NCBI GenBank assembly: GCA_051889995.1
Contig: JBJFDL010000003.1
Location: forward strand, 14,020-78,019
Reading direction: 5' to 3'
DNA length: 64,000 bases
Source of the DNA: Christensenellales bacterium
Lineage (GTDB): Bacteria; Bacillota; Clostridia; Christensenellales; UBA1242
In this document: piece after piece, positions 8,789 through 16,909 of the stretch
Layout of the letters: each line of letters begins with the position of its first letter
Position numbering within the stretch: position 1 is the stretch's first letter
Notes under the pieces: model-generated
Told to the model about the DNA's origin: nothing
The model's input: only the letters and a program-made list of their open reading frames with translations
The model's database searches: none
Made by a program: the position numbers and the translations under genes

Positions 8789-9453
8789 TGGAAGAAGTAG
8801 AAAAAATTATAAACTATGAATTTAAAAATAAATCCCTTTTGTTAACAGCGTTAACACATTCTTCTTATGCACATAAACACAAAACACAAAATAATGAGAG
8901 GTTAGAGTTTTTAGGTGATAGCATAATTGGATTTTTAATTGCAGAATATCTATACCAAAAACTAGACCTTAAAGAAGGTGAGTTGACTAAAATTCGTGCA
9001 AAAATAGTAAGTTGTGAAAACTTAAGTTTAATTGTAACAAAGTCAAATTTATTTGAATATATAAAAACGATGCCTGAAAATTTAAAAAATAATGAAACAA
9101 TTAAAGGCGACTTCTTTGAAGCACTTTTGGGCGCGATATATTTAGATGGTGGATTAGAAAACGCTAAAAAATTTGTCTTTGAAATTCTTAAACTTAATAA
9201 TGATGAACTAAAAAAATATATTGAAGAAAATACAGATTTTAAAACGAGATTACAAGAGATAGTGCAAGCAAAGAGAGGAGTTATTTCATATCGTGTTGTT
9301 AATGAGAGTGGCAAATCTAATGAAATGATATTTACGGTTGGATTATTAATTAATGAGATTGAAAAAGTTCGAGCAACAGGAACAAGTAAACAAAAAGCTG
9401 AAAATGAATGTGCTAGAATTGCTTTGGAAAAAATTGATAAATTATTTGACTAA
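8788..9453 (+). CDS. rnc: Ribonuclease III
   Basis: RNase III signature NERLEFLGDS and a C-terminal dsRBD. Its ATG overlaps the plsX stop. Confidence 0.93.
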   Translation: MEEVEKIINYEFKNKSLLLTALTHSSYAHKHKTQNNERLEFLGDSIIGFLIAEYLYQKLDLKEGELTKIRAKIVSCENLSLIVTKSNLFEYIKTMPENLKNNETIKGDFFEALLGAIYLDGGLENAKKFVFEILKLNNDELKKYIEENTDFKTRLQEIVQAKRGVISYRVVNESGKSNEMIFTVGLLINEIEKVRATGTSKQKAENECARIALEKIDKLFD

Positions 9454-9537
9454 TGTTAATATAAGTATTATAATTATAATATAAATTATTAATCCATATA
9501 TGAAATGGATATAATTCAAATTTAGGAGGTATTATTT

Positions 9538-9852
9538 ATGAAAATTCAATTTAATGGGGATGTGGAATCAAAAGCTCTAGAATCACTTTGTGAAAAAAAA
9601 TTAAATAGACTTGAGAAATATTTTAAGGGAGGAGAACCAAAAGTTTCTGTTAAATTTTCAATAGTTAGTAAAGAACATGTTGTTGATATTTTCACTAAAT
9701 ATAATAGCTTTGAATTAAAATCTAGTGGCAAAAGTGATGATATGTATAAAAGTTTAGATATAGCAGTAGATAACTTAAAAATGCAAATGACTAAAAATAA
9801 GTTTGACAAAAAAACAAAAAGATGCAGTAGAGAATTTGTTGAAGAAGCATAA
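9538..9852 (+). CDS. hpf: Ribosome hibernation factor, S30AE/HPF family, short form (104 aa)
   Basis: Layout of the S30AE domain (LEKYF..., DMYKSLDIAVDNLKMQMTKNK) with SD aggagg. It lacks the C-terminal dimerisation domain of long Firmicute HPFs. Confidence 0.8.
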   Translation: MKIQFNGDVESKALESLCEKKLNRLEKYFKGGEPKVSVKFSIVSKEHVVDIFTKYNSFELKSSGKSDDMYKSLDIAVDNLKMQMTKNKFDKKTKRCSREFVEEA

Positions 9853-9857
9853 TAATT

Positions 9858-9912
9858 AGCCCTTAATTTATGATGTGCACCCATAAAATGACACAAAAAA
9901 ATAAAGCCCTAG
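9858..9912. repeat. Terminal inverted repeat (distal/right copy) matching the IS3-family left end
   Basis: 9876-9912 TGCACCCATAAAATGACACAAAAAAATAAAGCCCTAG matches the reverse complement of 12456-12492 at 29/37 positions. Similarity continues outward to 9858. Confidence 0.7.
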
Positions 9913-9927
9913 TAAATTATATAAAGG

Positions 9928-9967
9928 AAAAGACCACTTATCGTAATAATAAGTGGTCTTTTTTTAT
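9928..9967 (+). terminator. Rho-independent terminator (strong on the + strand, weaker on the - strand)
   Basis: An 11-bp stem aagaccactta/taagtggtctt is followed by a T9 run. On the minus strand only T4 follows. Confidence 0.8.
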
Positions 9968-10060
9968 TTATTATTTATTTTTTAATTTAACCATAAGTTT
10001 TCTCCTAATTGATTGTATTATAGCATACTAACAAATAGGTTAAAGCAAACCAATTTATTT

Positions 10061-10660
10061 CTATGCTAAATTGGTAAATGCAATAATATCAAAAATTGTT
10101 GCAATAACAAATATAACTGTTAATACTATTGCCCAAATAAGTTTGCCTTTATATCCTTCTTTTTTGTCTTGTTGTTTTTTAAAGCCAATAATCGAAAGAA
10201 TTAAAAAAGCAATCACGCAAAGCCCAAAGAAACTTGCTAAATATGGGAATATTTTATACATAAAGTCCATAACTACTTCTGTTGCGTTGCCTACGCTTTC
10301 ATTAAATGCCTTAAAGCCAGAGTTAAAACTTTTCCAGCCATCACTTAACCAAATCAGTCCAATGGTGCAAACAGTAACAATACATACAATACAAAACCAA
10401 GTAATCCAAAGAACTGCTATAGGCAATCCAATTACAATTCCAGAAAAACTATATGATAAAGCATAAATAACAGCAATAATTGAAAGGGTTAAAAGAGTAT
10501 TTGCCCATTTTTGTTTTGCAGTTTTTCGCTTTCTGTTTTTTGCCAAATCTTGTGGTTTTCTACCTTCTTGTAATGCCTTTTCGTTTTCTTCTTGTTGTAA
10601 TTTTTGCTCTCTTTCTTTTGCTTCGTTTTCATCTTCGTTTATTTTAAACTTTATTGCCAT
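10061..10660 (-). CDS. Hypothetical membrane protein (charged N-terminal ~55 aa followed by about 4 TM segments)
   Basis: 199 aa. Its ATG lies 2 nt after the stop of the upstream LURP-one-like gene. The N-terminus is E/K/Q-rich, followed by hydrophobic helices. Confidence 0.6.
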   Translation of the reverse strand: MAIKFKINEDENEAKEREQKLQQEENEKALQEGRKPQDLAKNRKRKTAKQKWANTLLTLSIIAVIYALSYSFSGIVIGLPIAVLWITWFCIVCIVTVCTIGLIWLSDGWKSFNSGFKAFNESVGNATEVVMDFMYKIFPYLASFFGLCVIAFLILSIIGFKKQQDKKEGYKGKLIWAIVLTVIFVIATIFDIIAFTNLA

Positions 10661-10662
10661 AA

Positions 10663-11157
10663 TTACCCCCTTCTTTGTTGGTCGTGAATATTGTCTATTG
10701 CAATCATCATAGCAACCAAAAATGGTGCGTCTTCTGGGTCTTCAACTTCAAGAGTGTAAGCATCATCAAGTGTCATTTTTTCTGGTGGGGCAATATGCCC
10801 AATTTTTTTGTCCCCTAGCATAATGTCTAAATTCCAAAATTTCCCCTCTACCTTAATTTCTTCGGTTGCTCCTGTAACTTCATATCCATTCTTTATGAAA
10901 TGAGAATTTTGAACTGTTGCAAGTTTTTTACCATTTTGGTAAATCAAAGCACTTTTATAAAATGGTTTGTGCCAAAATTTATTTCTTACAACAAAAAGTT
11001 TTTTGCCATTTGCGTCTTTAATTACTTTTTTGTAAGTTTTAGATATTAAATTGCTAAATAATTTTCCTTTAACCTTATAGGCAAGTTGTCCGTCCTCGGT
11101 TGTTACTTTTGAATTACCTCTTAATGACATAAAGGTATTTTTGATTAAAAACTTCAT
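10663..11157 (-). CDS. LURP-one-related / YxjI-like (tubby C-terminal-like fold, DUF567) protein
   Basis: 164 aa with SD aaggagaaaag. It has the family-typical layout: MKFLIKNTFMSLRGNSKVTTEDGQ..., repeated beta-hairpins, and the C-terminal LVAMMIAIDNIHDQ. Confidence 0.6.
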   Translation of the reverse strand: MKFLIKNTFMSLRGNSKVTTEDGQLAYKVKGKLFSNLISKTYKKVIKDANGKKLFVVRNKFWHKPFYKSALIYQNGKKLATVQNSHFIKNGYEVTGATEEIKVEGKFWNLDIMLGDKKIGHIAPPEKMTLDDAYTLEVEDPEDAPFLVAMMIAIDNIHDQQRRG

Positions 11158-11216
11158 AAACTTTTCTCCTTAATAAATTCATTATAACATACTTATTATT
11201 ATTTTGTATCAAATTT

Positions 11217-12026
11217 TTAATGTTTTTCATTTTTATATTTTTCTTTGTAATTGATATATTGAATATTCTTTCTTTTTCCTTTTATTCTTTTATTGTTATA
11301 GAACCAAATCCAATCAAATACGGCTTGTTTTAAATCTTCAAGATTATTATAGGTATTATCATTATACAATATTTCATTTTTTAATCTGCTATGAAAACTT
11401 TCAATTACAGCATTATCTAATGGTGTTCCTTTTCTACTCATAGATATTTGAAAACCAAATTTTCTGCACAACATTTGGTATTCATTAGATGTATATTGAA
11501 AGCCTTGGTCACTATGTATTATTGTATTTTTAGCATCATATCTTAATAATCTTGCTGTTATCAAAGTTTCTTTGACTAATAATATATCATTAAATTTATG
11601 AATTTTATATGCAACAACTTGTCTATCAAACAAATCAAGTATTGTTGATAAAAACATTCTTTTCCCTTTGAGTGTTAGATAAGTAATATCTGTAACCCAA
11701 ACTTTATTCGGTTCGCTAACCGTAAAATTTCTTTTTAATAAATTTGGTCTTACATTCTCTTCTATAGACTTTTTTTGCACTGTTTGCTTTCTTTTTTTAG
11801 AATATTCAGGGAATATATTATATTCTTTTTTTAGTCTTTGAATTTTTTTATGGTTCATTACTAAACCATATTCTTCTAATAATGCTTGTTTAATTCTTCT
11901 ATATCCGTATGTTTCGTTTGAATTATGATAAACATTATAAATTAAAGAAGCATCATAATCATCTTGAGAAGAACGCTTAATCATTCTATAATATGTTCTT
12001 TTTGAAATTTTAGCTTCTTCACACAA
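11217..12026 (-). CDS. IS3-family transposase OrfB (DDE integrase-like catalytic domain)
   Basis: Contains WVTDITYL, HSDQGFQYTS and DNAVIESFHSRLKNE (the DD(35)E triad). The frame is actually open from 12119 and is reached by a -1 frameshift from orfA. Confidence 0.9.
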   Translation of the reverse strand: MCEEAKISKRTYYRMIKRSSQDDYDASLIYNVYHNSNETYGYRRIKQALLEEYGLVMNHKKIQRLKKEYNIFPEYSKKRKQTVQKKSIEENVRPNLLKRNFTVSEPNKVWVTDITYLTLKGKRMFLSTILDLFDRQVVAYKIHKFNDILLVKETLITARLLRYDAKNTIIHSDQGFQYTSNEYQMLCRKFGFQISMSRKGTPLDNAVIESFHSRLKNEILYNDNTYNNLEDLKQAVFDWIWFYNNKRIKGKRKNIQYINYKEKYKNEKH

Positions 12027-12031
12027 TGCTT

Positions 12032-12361
12032 TTAATGAGAATTCTTGTCTGCAACTATCAATGAAGAGTGCCTTATCTCTTTTTGATGCTTTAGAAATAT
12101 CTCCATTTTTTTTACTATATTATATTTTATTTCAAAACTAGCTTCTTTTTCAGGAATTCTACCTGAATTTACAGTTCTTTTGTCTTCAAAAATATTTTTG
12201 CCTTTATTTGTTAAAACAAACCAGTTTTTAATTGTGTTTCTTGGCATGTTATATTCTCTAGCAAGATAATTCGAAGAATATCCTTCTTTATAATGTTTGT
12301 CCAAAATTTCTTGCTTAAATTCATTATTATATTTGGTGTGGGGAATTGCTCTATTATTCAT
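12032..12361 (-). CDS. IS3-family transposase OrfA (HTH)
   Basis: 109 aa with an HTH (NYLAREYNMPRNTIKNWF). The gene contains the slippery run. Confidence 0.85.
   Translation of the reverse strand: MNNRAIPHTKYNNEFKQEILDKHYKEGYSSNYLAREYNMPRNTIKNWFVLTNKGKNIFEDKRTVNSGRIPEKEASFEIKYNIVKKMEIFLKHQKEIRHSSLIVADKNSH
12106..12113 (-). promoter_or_regulatory. Programmed -1 ribosomal frameshift site (A AAA AAA) producing the OrfAB fusion
   Basis: The minus strand reads gtaAAAAAAAAtgg. The -1 frame opens just after a TAA at 12120-12122 and reads ...KKNGDISKASKRDKALFIDSCRQEFSLKALCEEAKISKRTYYRM. Confidence 0.75.
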
Positions 12362-12455
12362 ATTTACTCCTTTGATTATATTTTAATTATAACATATAAT
12401 ATTACTATCTTAGACACAAAAAAAAGAAATATTAAACATAACTTAATATTTCTTT

Positions 12456-12508
12456 CTAGGGCTTTTTATTATTGTGTCACCAGATGGGTTCACTTCATTT
12501 AAAGGGCT
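12456..12508. repeat. Terminal inverted repeat (left end, proximal to orfA)
   Basis: The reverse complement of 12456-12492 is TGAACCCATCTGGTGACACAATAATAAAAAGCCCTAG. This TG..ACCC type end is typical of IS3-family IRs. Confidence 0.7.
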
Positions 12509-12582
12509 TTTTTTATTAAAAACACTAAAAATTATATTAAATTTTTTTATTTAAAAATATTAAAATAATTTTGTAAAAACTG

Positions 12583-12611
12583 TTGACAAGGATTGAAAAA
12601 TGTTGTATTAT
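12583..12611 (+). promoter_or_regulatory. Sigma-A type promoter of the S10 operon
   Basis: TTGACA(12583-12588), a 17-nt spacer, then TATTAT(12606-12611). Confidence 0.6.
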
Positions 12612-12805
12612 ATAGAAGCTGTGTAATTTAGGAATGATGTTTAAGGTTACTACGTGCCTTTCCCTTAAGGTAGCGACGAGAGAACTTAAACTAACCTAGT
12701 TTAGAAAAGAAACTAAACGATTAATTCAAGCCTTTTTTTAAGAATAAAAACATGAAACACACGGCATTATGTTAAAGGTTTGATTAACAGAAAAGGAGAA
12801 GAAAA
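12612..12805 (+). promoter_or_regulatory. Long structured 5' leader of rpsJ (candidate r-protein autoregulatory leader)
   Basis: About 190 nt and relatively GC-rich. It has a hairpin ttaagg(12641-46)/ccttaa(12663-68) and two mutually exclusive hairpins that share tagttt (12688-12702 versus 12699-12718). Confidence 0.4.
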
Positions 12806-13114
12806 ATGGCAACACAAAAAATTAGAATTAAATTAAAATCTTATGACCATAGCTTAATCGACCAAGTTGCATTAAGAATTGTAGATGTTGCAAACAAAAA
12901 TGGTTGTAAAATCAGTGGACCTATTCCACTACCAACAGACAGAGAAGTAATCACTGTCATCCGTTCACCACACAAACATAAAGATTCACGTGAACAATTT
13001 GAAACAAGAACACACAAAAGGATTATTGATATTTTAAGTCCTTCATCAAAAGCAATTAATGCATTTATGAAATTAGACTTGCCAGCCGGTGTAGATATCA
13101 ATATTAAACTATAA
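12806..13114 (+). CDS. rpsJ: 30S ribosomal protein S10
   Basis: [15 protein letters not shown]... It is the first gene of the S10-spc-alpha cluster. Confidence 0.97.
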   Translation: MATQKIRIKLKSYDHSLIDQVALRIVDVANKNGCKISGPIPLPTDREVITVIRSPHKHKDSREQFETRTHKRIIDILSPSSKAINAFMKLDLPAGVDINIKL

Positions 13115-13130
13115 GGGGGAAAGTTAGAGT

Positions 13131-13766
13131 ATGAGAAACGAAATATTAGGCAAAAAACTTGGAATGACTCAAATTTTCGCTGAAAATGGTTTAGTCATTC
13201 CTGTAACAGTTGTTGAAGCAGGTCCTGTTAGTATTCTTCAAAAGAAAACTGAAGAAAACGATGGATATAAAGCCTTAAAGGTAGCGTTTAAAGAAACTAG
13301 AGAAAGTTTACTAAACAAAGCTAATATGGGCGAATTTAAAAAAGCGAATGTTTCTTCTAAAAAATATGTTAGAGAAATAGAAAGCAAAAATTATGAAGAA
13401 TTAAACGTAGGTGACACTATTAATTGTGGTATCTTCACAGAAGGCGAAAAAGTCGATGTTACTGGATACACAAGAGGTCGTGGATTTACTGGCGTTATTC
13501 AAAGATGGAACAATCAACGTCATAGAATGACACACGGTGTTTCAATTGTTCATAGAGCAAGTGGTTCTATGGGTGCCAACAGTTTACCAAGCAGAGTTTT
13601 TAAAGGTAAAAAACTTGCTGGTCAATATGGTAATGAAAAAGTTACAATTCAAAATCTAGAAGTTGTTAAAGTAGATGCCGACAGAAACGTACTTTTAATT
13701 AAAGGTGCAGTTCCAGGTCCTAAAGGTGCAATCCTTTCAATCAAAACAACTGTTAAGGTTAAATAA
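13131..13766 (+). CDS. rplC: 50S ribosomal protein L3
   Basis: GYTRGRGFTGVIQRWN and its position in the cluster. Confidence 0.97.
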   Translation: MRNEILGKKLGMTQIFAENGLVIPVTVVEAGPVSILQKKTEENDGYKALKVAFKETRESLLNKANMGEFKKANVSSKKYVREIESKNYEELNVGDTINCGIFTEGEKVDVTGYTRGRGFTGVIQRWNNQRHRMTHGVSIVHRASGSMGANSLPSRVFKGKKLAGQYGNEKVTIQNLEVVKVDADRNVLLIKGAVPGPKGAILSIKTTVKVK

Positions 13767-13776
13767 GGAGTGAGTT

Positions 13777-14397
13777 ATGCCAAAAGTTAAAGTTTATAAT
13801 ATTAATGCAGAAGAATGTGGCAATGTTACTTTAAGTGATGTAGTATTTAAAGCACCTTATAATGAGGCTTTAATTCACGAAGTTATCGTTGCATATTTAG
13901 CAAATCAAAGACAAGGAACAAAAAGCACACTAACTAGAACAGAAGTTAGAGGTCATGCTAAAAAACCTTGGGCACAAAAACATACTGGTAATGCAAGACA
14001 AGGTTCTTCAAAAGGTCCACAATGGACAGGTGGTGGAGTTGTATTTGCACCAAAACCAAGAGATTTTTCTAAAAAAGTTAATGCAAAAGCTAAGAAAGTT
14101 GCTTTCATTAGTGCATTAAGTAAAAAATTAGAACAAAAAGAAATTACAATTTTAGATGAAATTGCAATTGAACCAAAAACAAAAAATATGCAAAATGTTT
14201 TAGACGCTTTCAAATTTGATAAAAGCACTGTTTTAGTTGTAAATGGTGCAAATGAAAATGTTTTGAGAGCATCAAAAAATATTCCTACACTTTCAGTTGT
14301 TGAAGCAAGTCTTTTAAACACTTATGAAATTGTAGCAAACAAAAATCTTTTAATCACAAAAGATGCAATCAAAAAGATTGAGGAGGCTTGTAAATAA
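13777..14397 (+). CDS. rplD: 50S ribosomal protein L4
   Basis: [15 protein letters not shown]...[15 protein letters not shown]. Confidence 0.97.
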   Translation: MPKVKVYNINAEECGNVTLSDVVFKAPYNEALIHEVIVAYLANQRQGTKSTLTRTEVRGHAKKPWAQKHTGNARQGSSKGPQWTGGGVVFAPKPRDFSKKVNAKAKKVAFISALSKKLEQKEITILDEIAIEPKTKNMQNVLDAFKFDKSTVLVVNGANENVLRASKNIPTLSVVEASLLNTYEIVANKNLLITKDAIKKIEEACK

Positions 14398-14687
14398 TGA
14401 AACAATATGATGTTATTATTAAGCCGCTATTAACAGAAAAAAGTTATAGTGATGTAGCAAATAAAAAATACGCTTTCATCGTAAGAAGAGATTCAAACAA
14501 AGCTGAAATTAAAAAAGCAGTTGAAACAATCTTCGGAGTTAAAGTAGAAAAAGTAAATACATTAAATTATGATGGAAAATTTAAAGTTCAAGGCAGAGCT
14601 CAAGGTTACACTTCTAAATATAAAAAAGCAGTTGTAACATTAACAAAAGATAGCAAAACTATTGAGTTCTTCGATAGCTTGAGTTAA
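14397..14687 (+). CDS. rplW: 50S ribosomal protein L23
   Basis: [13 protein letters not shown] and its position in the cluster. Confidence 0.96.
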   Translation: MKQYDVIIKPLLTEKSYSDVANKKYAFIVRRDSNKAEIKKAVETIFGVKVEKVNTLNYDGKFKVQGRAQGYTSKYKKAVVTLTKDSKTIEFFDSLS

Positions 14688-14706
14688 TAGGAGGATTAAT
14701 TAAATT

Positions 14707-15534
14707 ATGGCAATTAAAACATATAATCCAACAACTCCATCTTTAAGAAATATGTCAACACTAGATTATTCTGAATTAAGTAAAAAAGCACCTGAAAAAA
14801 GTTTGCTTGCAACTAAAAAGAAAACTGGTGGTAGAAATTCTTACGGAAGAATAACAGTTCGCCATATTGGTGGTGGAAATAGAGTTAAATATAGAGTTGT
14901 TGATTTCAAAAGAAACAAAGACGATATTCCTGCAAAAGTTGCAAGTATCGAATATGACCCAAATCGTTCTGCTTACATTGCATTACTTCACTATGTAGAT
15001 GGTGAAAAGAGATATATTTTAGCACCAAACGGTCTAAATGTAGGCGATATGGTAATGAGTGGCGTTAATGCTGAAATTAAAGTTGGTAACTGTTTACCAC
15101 TAGAAAATATTCCAGTTGGTTTAGTAGTTCACAACATTGAATTACAACCTAAAAAAGGTGGCGCAATTGCTCGTTCTGCTGGTATTGAAGCAAGAATTAT
15201 GGCAAAAGAAGGCAATTATGCAACAATTAAAATGCCAAGTGGAGAAATGAGAAAAGTGCCTCTAAAATGTAGAGCAACCATTGGTCAAGTTGGTAACCTA
15301 GACTACGAATTAGTTAAAATTGGTAAAGCTGGTAAAACAAGACATCTTGGTGTTAAACCTACTGTTCGTGGTGCAGTTATGAACCCAGTAGATCACCCAC
15401 ACGGCGGTGGTGAGGGTAAAAATCCAGTTGGACACGACAGTCCTAGAACACCTTGGGGTAAACCAGCAATGGGTAACAAAACAAGAAAACATAAAAAATA
15501 TTCTAACAAACTTATTATTAAGAGAGTTAATTAG
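14707..15534 (+). CDS. rplB: 50S ribosomal protein L2
   Basis: [15 protein letters not shown]. Confidence 0.97.
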   Translation: MAIKTYNPTTPSLRNMSTLDYSELSKKAPEKSLLATKKKTGGRNSYGRITVRHIGGGNRVKYRVVDFKRNKDDIPAKVASIEYDPNRSAYIALLHYVDGEKRYILAPNGLNVGDMVMSGVNAEIKVGNCLPLENIPVGLVVHNIELQPKKGGAIARSAGIEARIMAKEGNYATIKMPSGEMRKVPLKCRATIGQVGNLDYELVKIGKAGKTRHLGVKPTVRGAVMNPVDHPHGGGEGKNPVGHDSPRTPWGKPAMGNKTRKHKKYSNKLIIKRVN

Positions 15535-15546
15535 GAGTAAGGCAAT

Positions 15547-15849
15547 ATGAGTAGATCATTAAAGAAAAAACCTTTTGTTGAAGAAAGGTTATACACTAGA
15601 ATTAAAAATATGAACGAATCTGGTCAAAAACAAGTTATTAAAACTTGGAGTAGAAGTTCTACAATTTATCCAGATTTCGTAGGTCATACTATCGCTGTTC
15701 ATAATGGTAAAAAACACATTCCTGTTTATTGCACAGTTGATATGGTAGGTCATAAACTTGGAGAATTTGCTCCAACAAGAACTTTTAAAGGACATGCAAG
15801 TGACAAGAAAACATCTTCTGGAAAAAATTCTGTTACTGGTAAGAGATAG
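15547..15849 (+). CDS. rpsS: 30S ribosomal protein S19
   Basis: [16 protein letters not shown]. The 100-aa protein has a short extra S/K-rich C-terminal tail. Confidence 0.96.
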   Translation: MSRSLKKKPFVEERLYTRIKNMNESGQKQVIKTWSRSSTIYPDFVGHTIAVHNGKKHIPVYCTVDMVGHKLGEFAPTRTFKGHASDKKTSSGKNSVTGKR

Positions 15850-15862
15850 GAGGATAAATTAA

Positions 15863-16216
15863 ATGGCAAATGTTAATGACACTATGGCTAAAGCAACTGC
15901 TAAGTATGTAAGAATTACACCTAGCAAAGTTAATAGAGTTTTGGCCACAATTAGAGGTAAAAAATATGTTGAAGCAGCCGCTATTTTAGAAGCTCTTCCA
16001 AATACTGCTAGTATTAGTATTTTAAAGGTTTTGAATAGTGCTGCAAGCAATGCAGAACACAATATGAATCTTAACAAAGAAGATTTATATGTTAGCACAG
16101 CCGTTGCAAATCCTGGCCCAATCATGAAAAGAATGATGCCAAGAGCAAAAGGCCGTGGAACTAGAATTTTAAAAAGAACATCACACATAACTGTTATTTT
16201 GGATACAGTTAAATAA
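15863..16216 (+). CDS. rplV: 50S ribosomal protein L22
   Basis: AKYVRITPSKVNRV...RAKGRGTRILKRTSHITV. Confidence 0.96.
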   Translation: MANVNDTMAKATAKYVRITPSKVNRVLATIRGKKYVEAAAILEALPNTASISILKVLNSAASNAEHNMNLNKEDLYVSTAVANPGPIMKRMMPRAKGRGTRILKRTSHITVILDTVK

Positions 16217-16230
16217 GGAAGGAGAATGAT

Positions 16231-16908
16231 ATGGGACAAAAAGTTAATCCAATCGGATTAAGATTGAAAGTAAATAAAACTTGGGACTCTCAATGGTTTG
16301 GTGATAAAAAAGATATTTCTAAAAACATTCTTGAAGACTACAAAATTAGAGAAACCCTAATGAAAAAATATAATCAATGTAGCATTTCTAAAATCTTAAT
16401 TGAACGTTCTCAATCAAGACTAACTGTTACAATTTTAACAGGAAGACCTGGTATGTTAATTGGTGTTAAGGGTGCTGGTGTTGAAACAATTAAGAAAGAA
16501 ATCGCTAAAATAAGCAGTAGTTCAAACATTACTGTTAATATTAGAGAAGTTAAAAAAGTTGACCTAGACGCAGCAATAGTTGCTGACTCAATTGCTAAAC
16601 AACTTGAAAAGAGAGTATCTTGGAGAAGATGTATGAAACAAGCAATTCAAAAAGCACAAAAAGCTGGCGCTGAAGGTATTAAAGTTATGGTTAGCGGAAG
16701 ACTTGATGGTGCAGAAATTGCAAGAAGCGAATTCTATCAAGAAGGAAATCTTCCACTTCATACAATTAGAGCAGACATAGATTACGGCGTTTGTGAAGCA
16801 CTTACAACATTCGGTATTATCGGTGTTAAAGTATGGATTTATAAAGGCGAAGTGCTTGGCAAAAAAACTCCAGTAATTCCTGCTACTACTGTTAAGGAGG
16901 AAAACTAA
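16231..16908 (+). CDS. rpsC: 30S ribosomal protein S3
   Basis: [12 protein letters not shown]... with a KH domain. Confidence 0.97.
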   Translation: MGQKVNPIGLRLKVNKTWDSQWFGDKKDISKNILEDYKIRETLMKKYNQCSISKILIERSQSRLTVTILTGRPGMLIGVKGAGVETIKKEIAKISSSSNITVNIREVKKVDLDAAIVADSIAKQLEKRVSWRRCMKQAIQKAQKAGAEGIKVMVSGRLDGAEIARSEFYQEGNLPLHTIRADIDYGVCEALTTFGIIGVKVWIYKGEVLGKKTPVIPATTVKEEN

Positions 16909-16909
16909 T

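Larger units (their letters stand above)
9876..12492 (-). mobile_element. IS3-family element bracket (transposase orfA/orfB plus two passenger genes) delimited by TG-initiated imperfect inverted repeats
   Basis: orfA/orfB have an A8 -1 frameshift site and a DDE motif. IRs lie at 9876-9912 and 12456-12492. No IR was found next to the orfB stop, and no target-site duplication was found. Confidence 0.55.

Noticed and set aside
1936-9896. Other short overlapping ORFs appear in the track at 1936-2184, 2973-3176, 3214-3495, 3848-4066, 6377-6715, 6549-6749, 6784-7041, 7143-7379, 8362-8592, 8865-9314 and 9546-9896.
   Set aside because: They are antisense or out of frame within well-supported genes (ylbJ, ackA, plsX, rnc, hpf and others). 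They have no ribosome-binding sites or recognisable motifs.
11180-12415. The direct repeat attataacata..tatta at about 11180 and about 12386 was considered as possible IS ends.
   Set aside because: The copies are in direct rather than inverted orientation. On the minus strand each reads TGTTATAAT, an extended -10 promoter in front of orfA and of the LURP-one-like gene. They are promoters, not transposon termini.
9850-12515. I looked for a target-site duplication flanking the IS bracket.
   Set aside because: I compared the 3-8 nt flanks for both candidate boundaries (9876/12492 and 9858/12508) and found no matching direct repeat. None is claimed.
12509-12582. I looked for a remnant of an HPF C-terminal domain on the far side of the IS bracket.
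   Set aside because: The region is a short A/T-only spacer with stops in all frames, so it contains no coding remnant.
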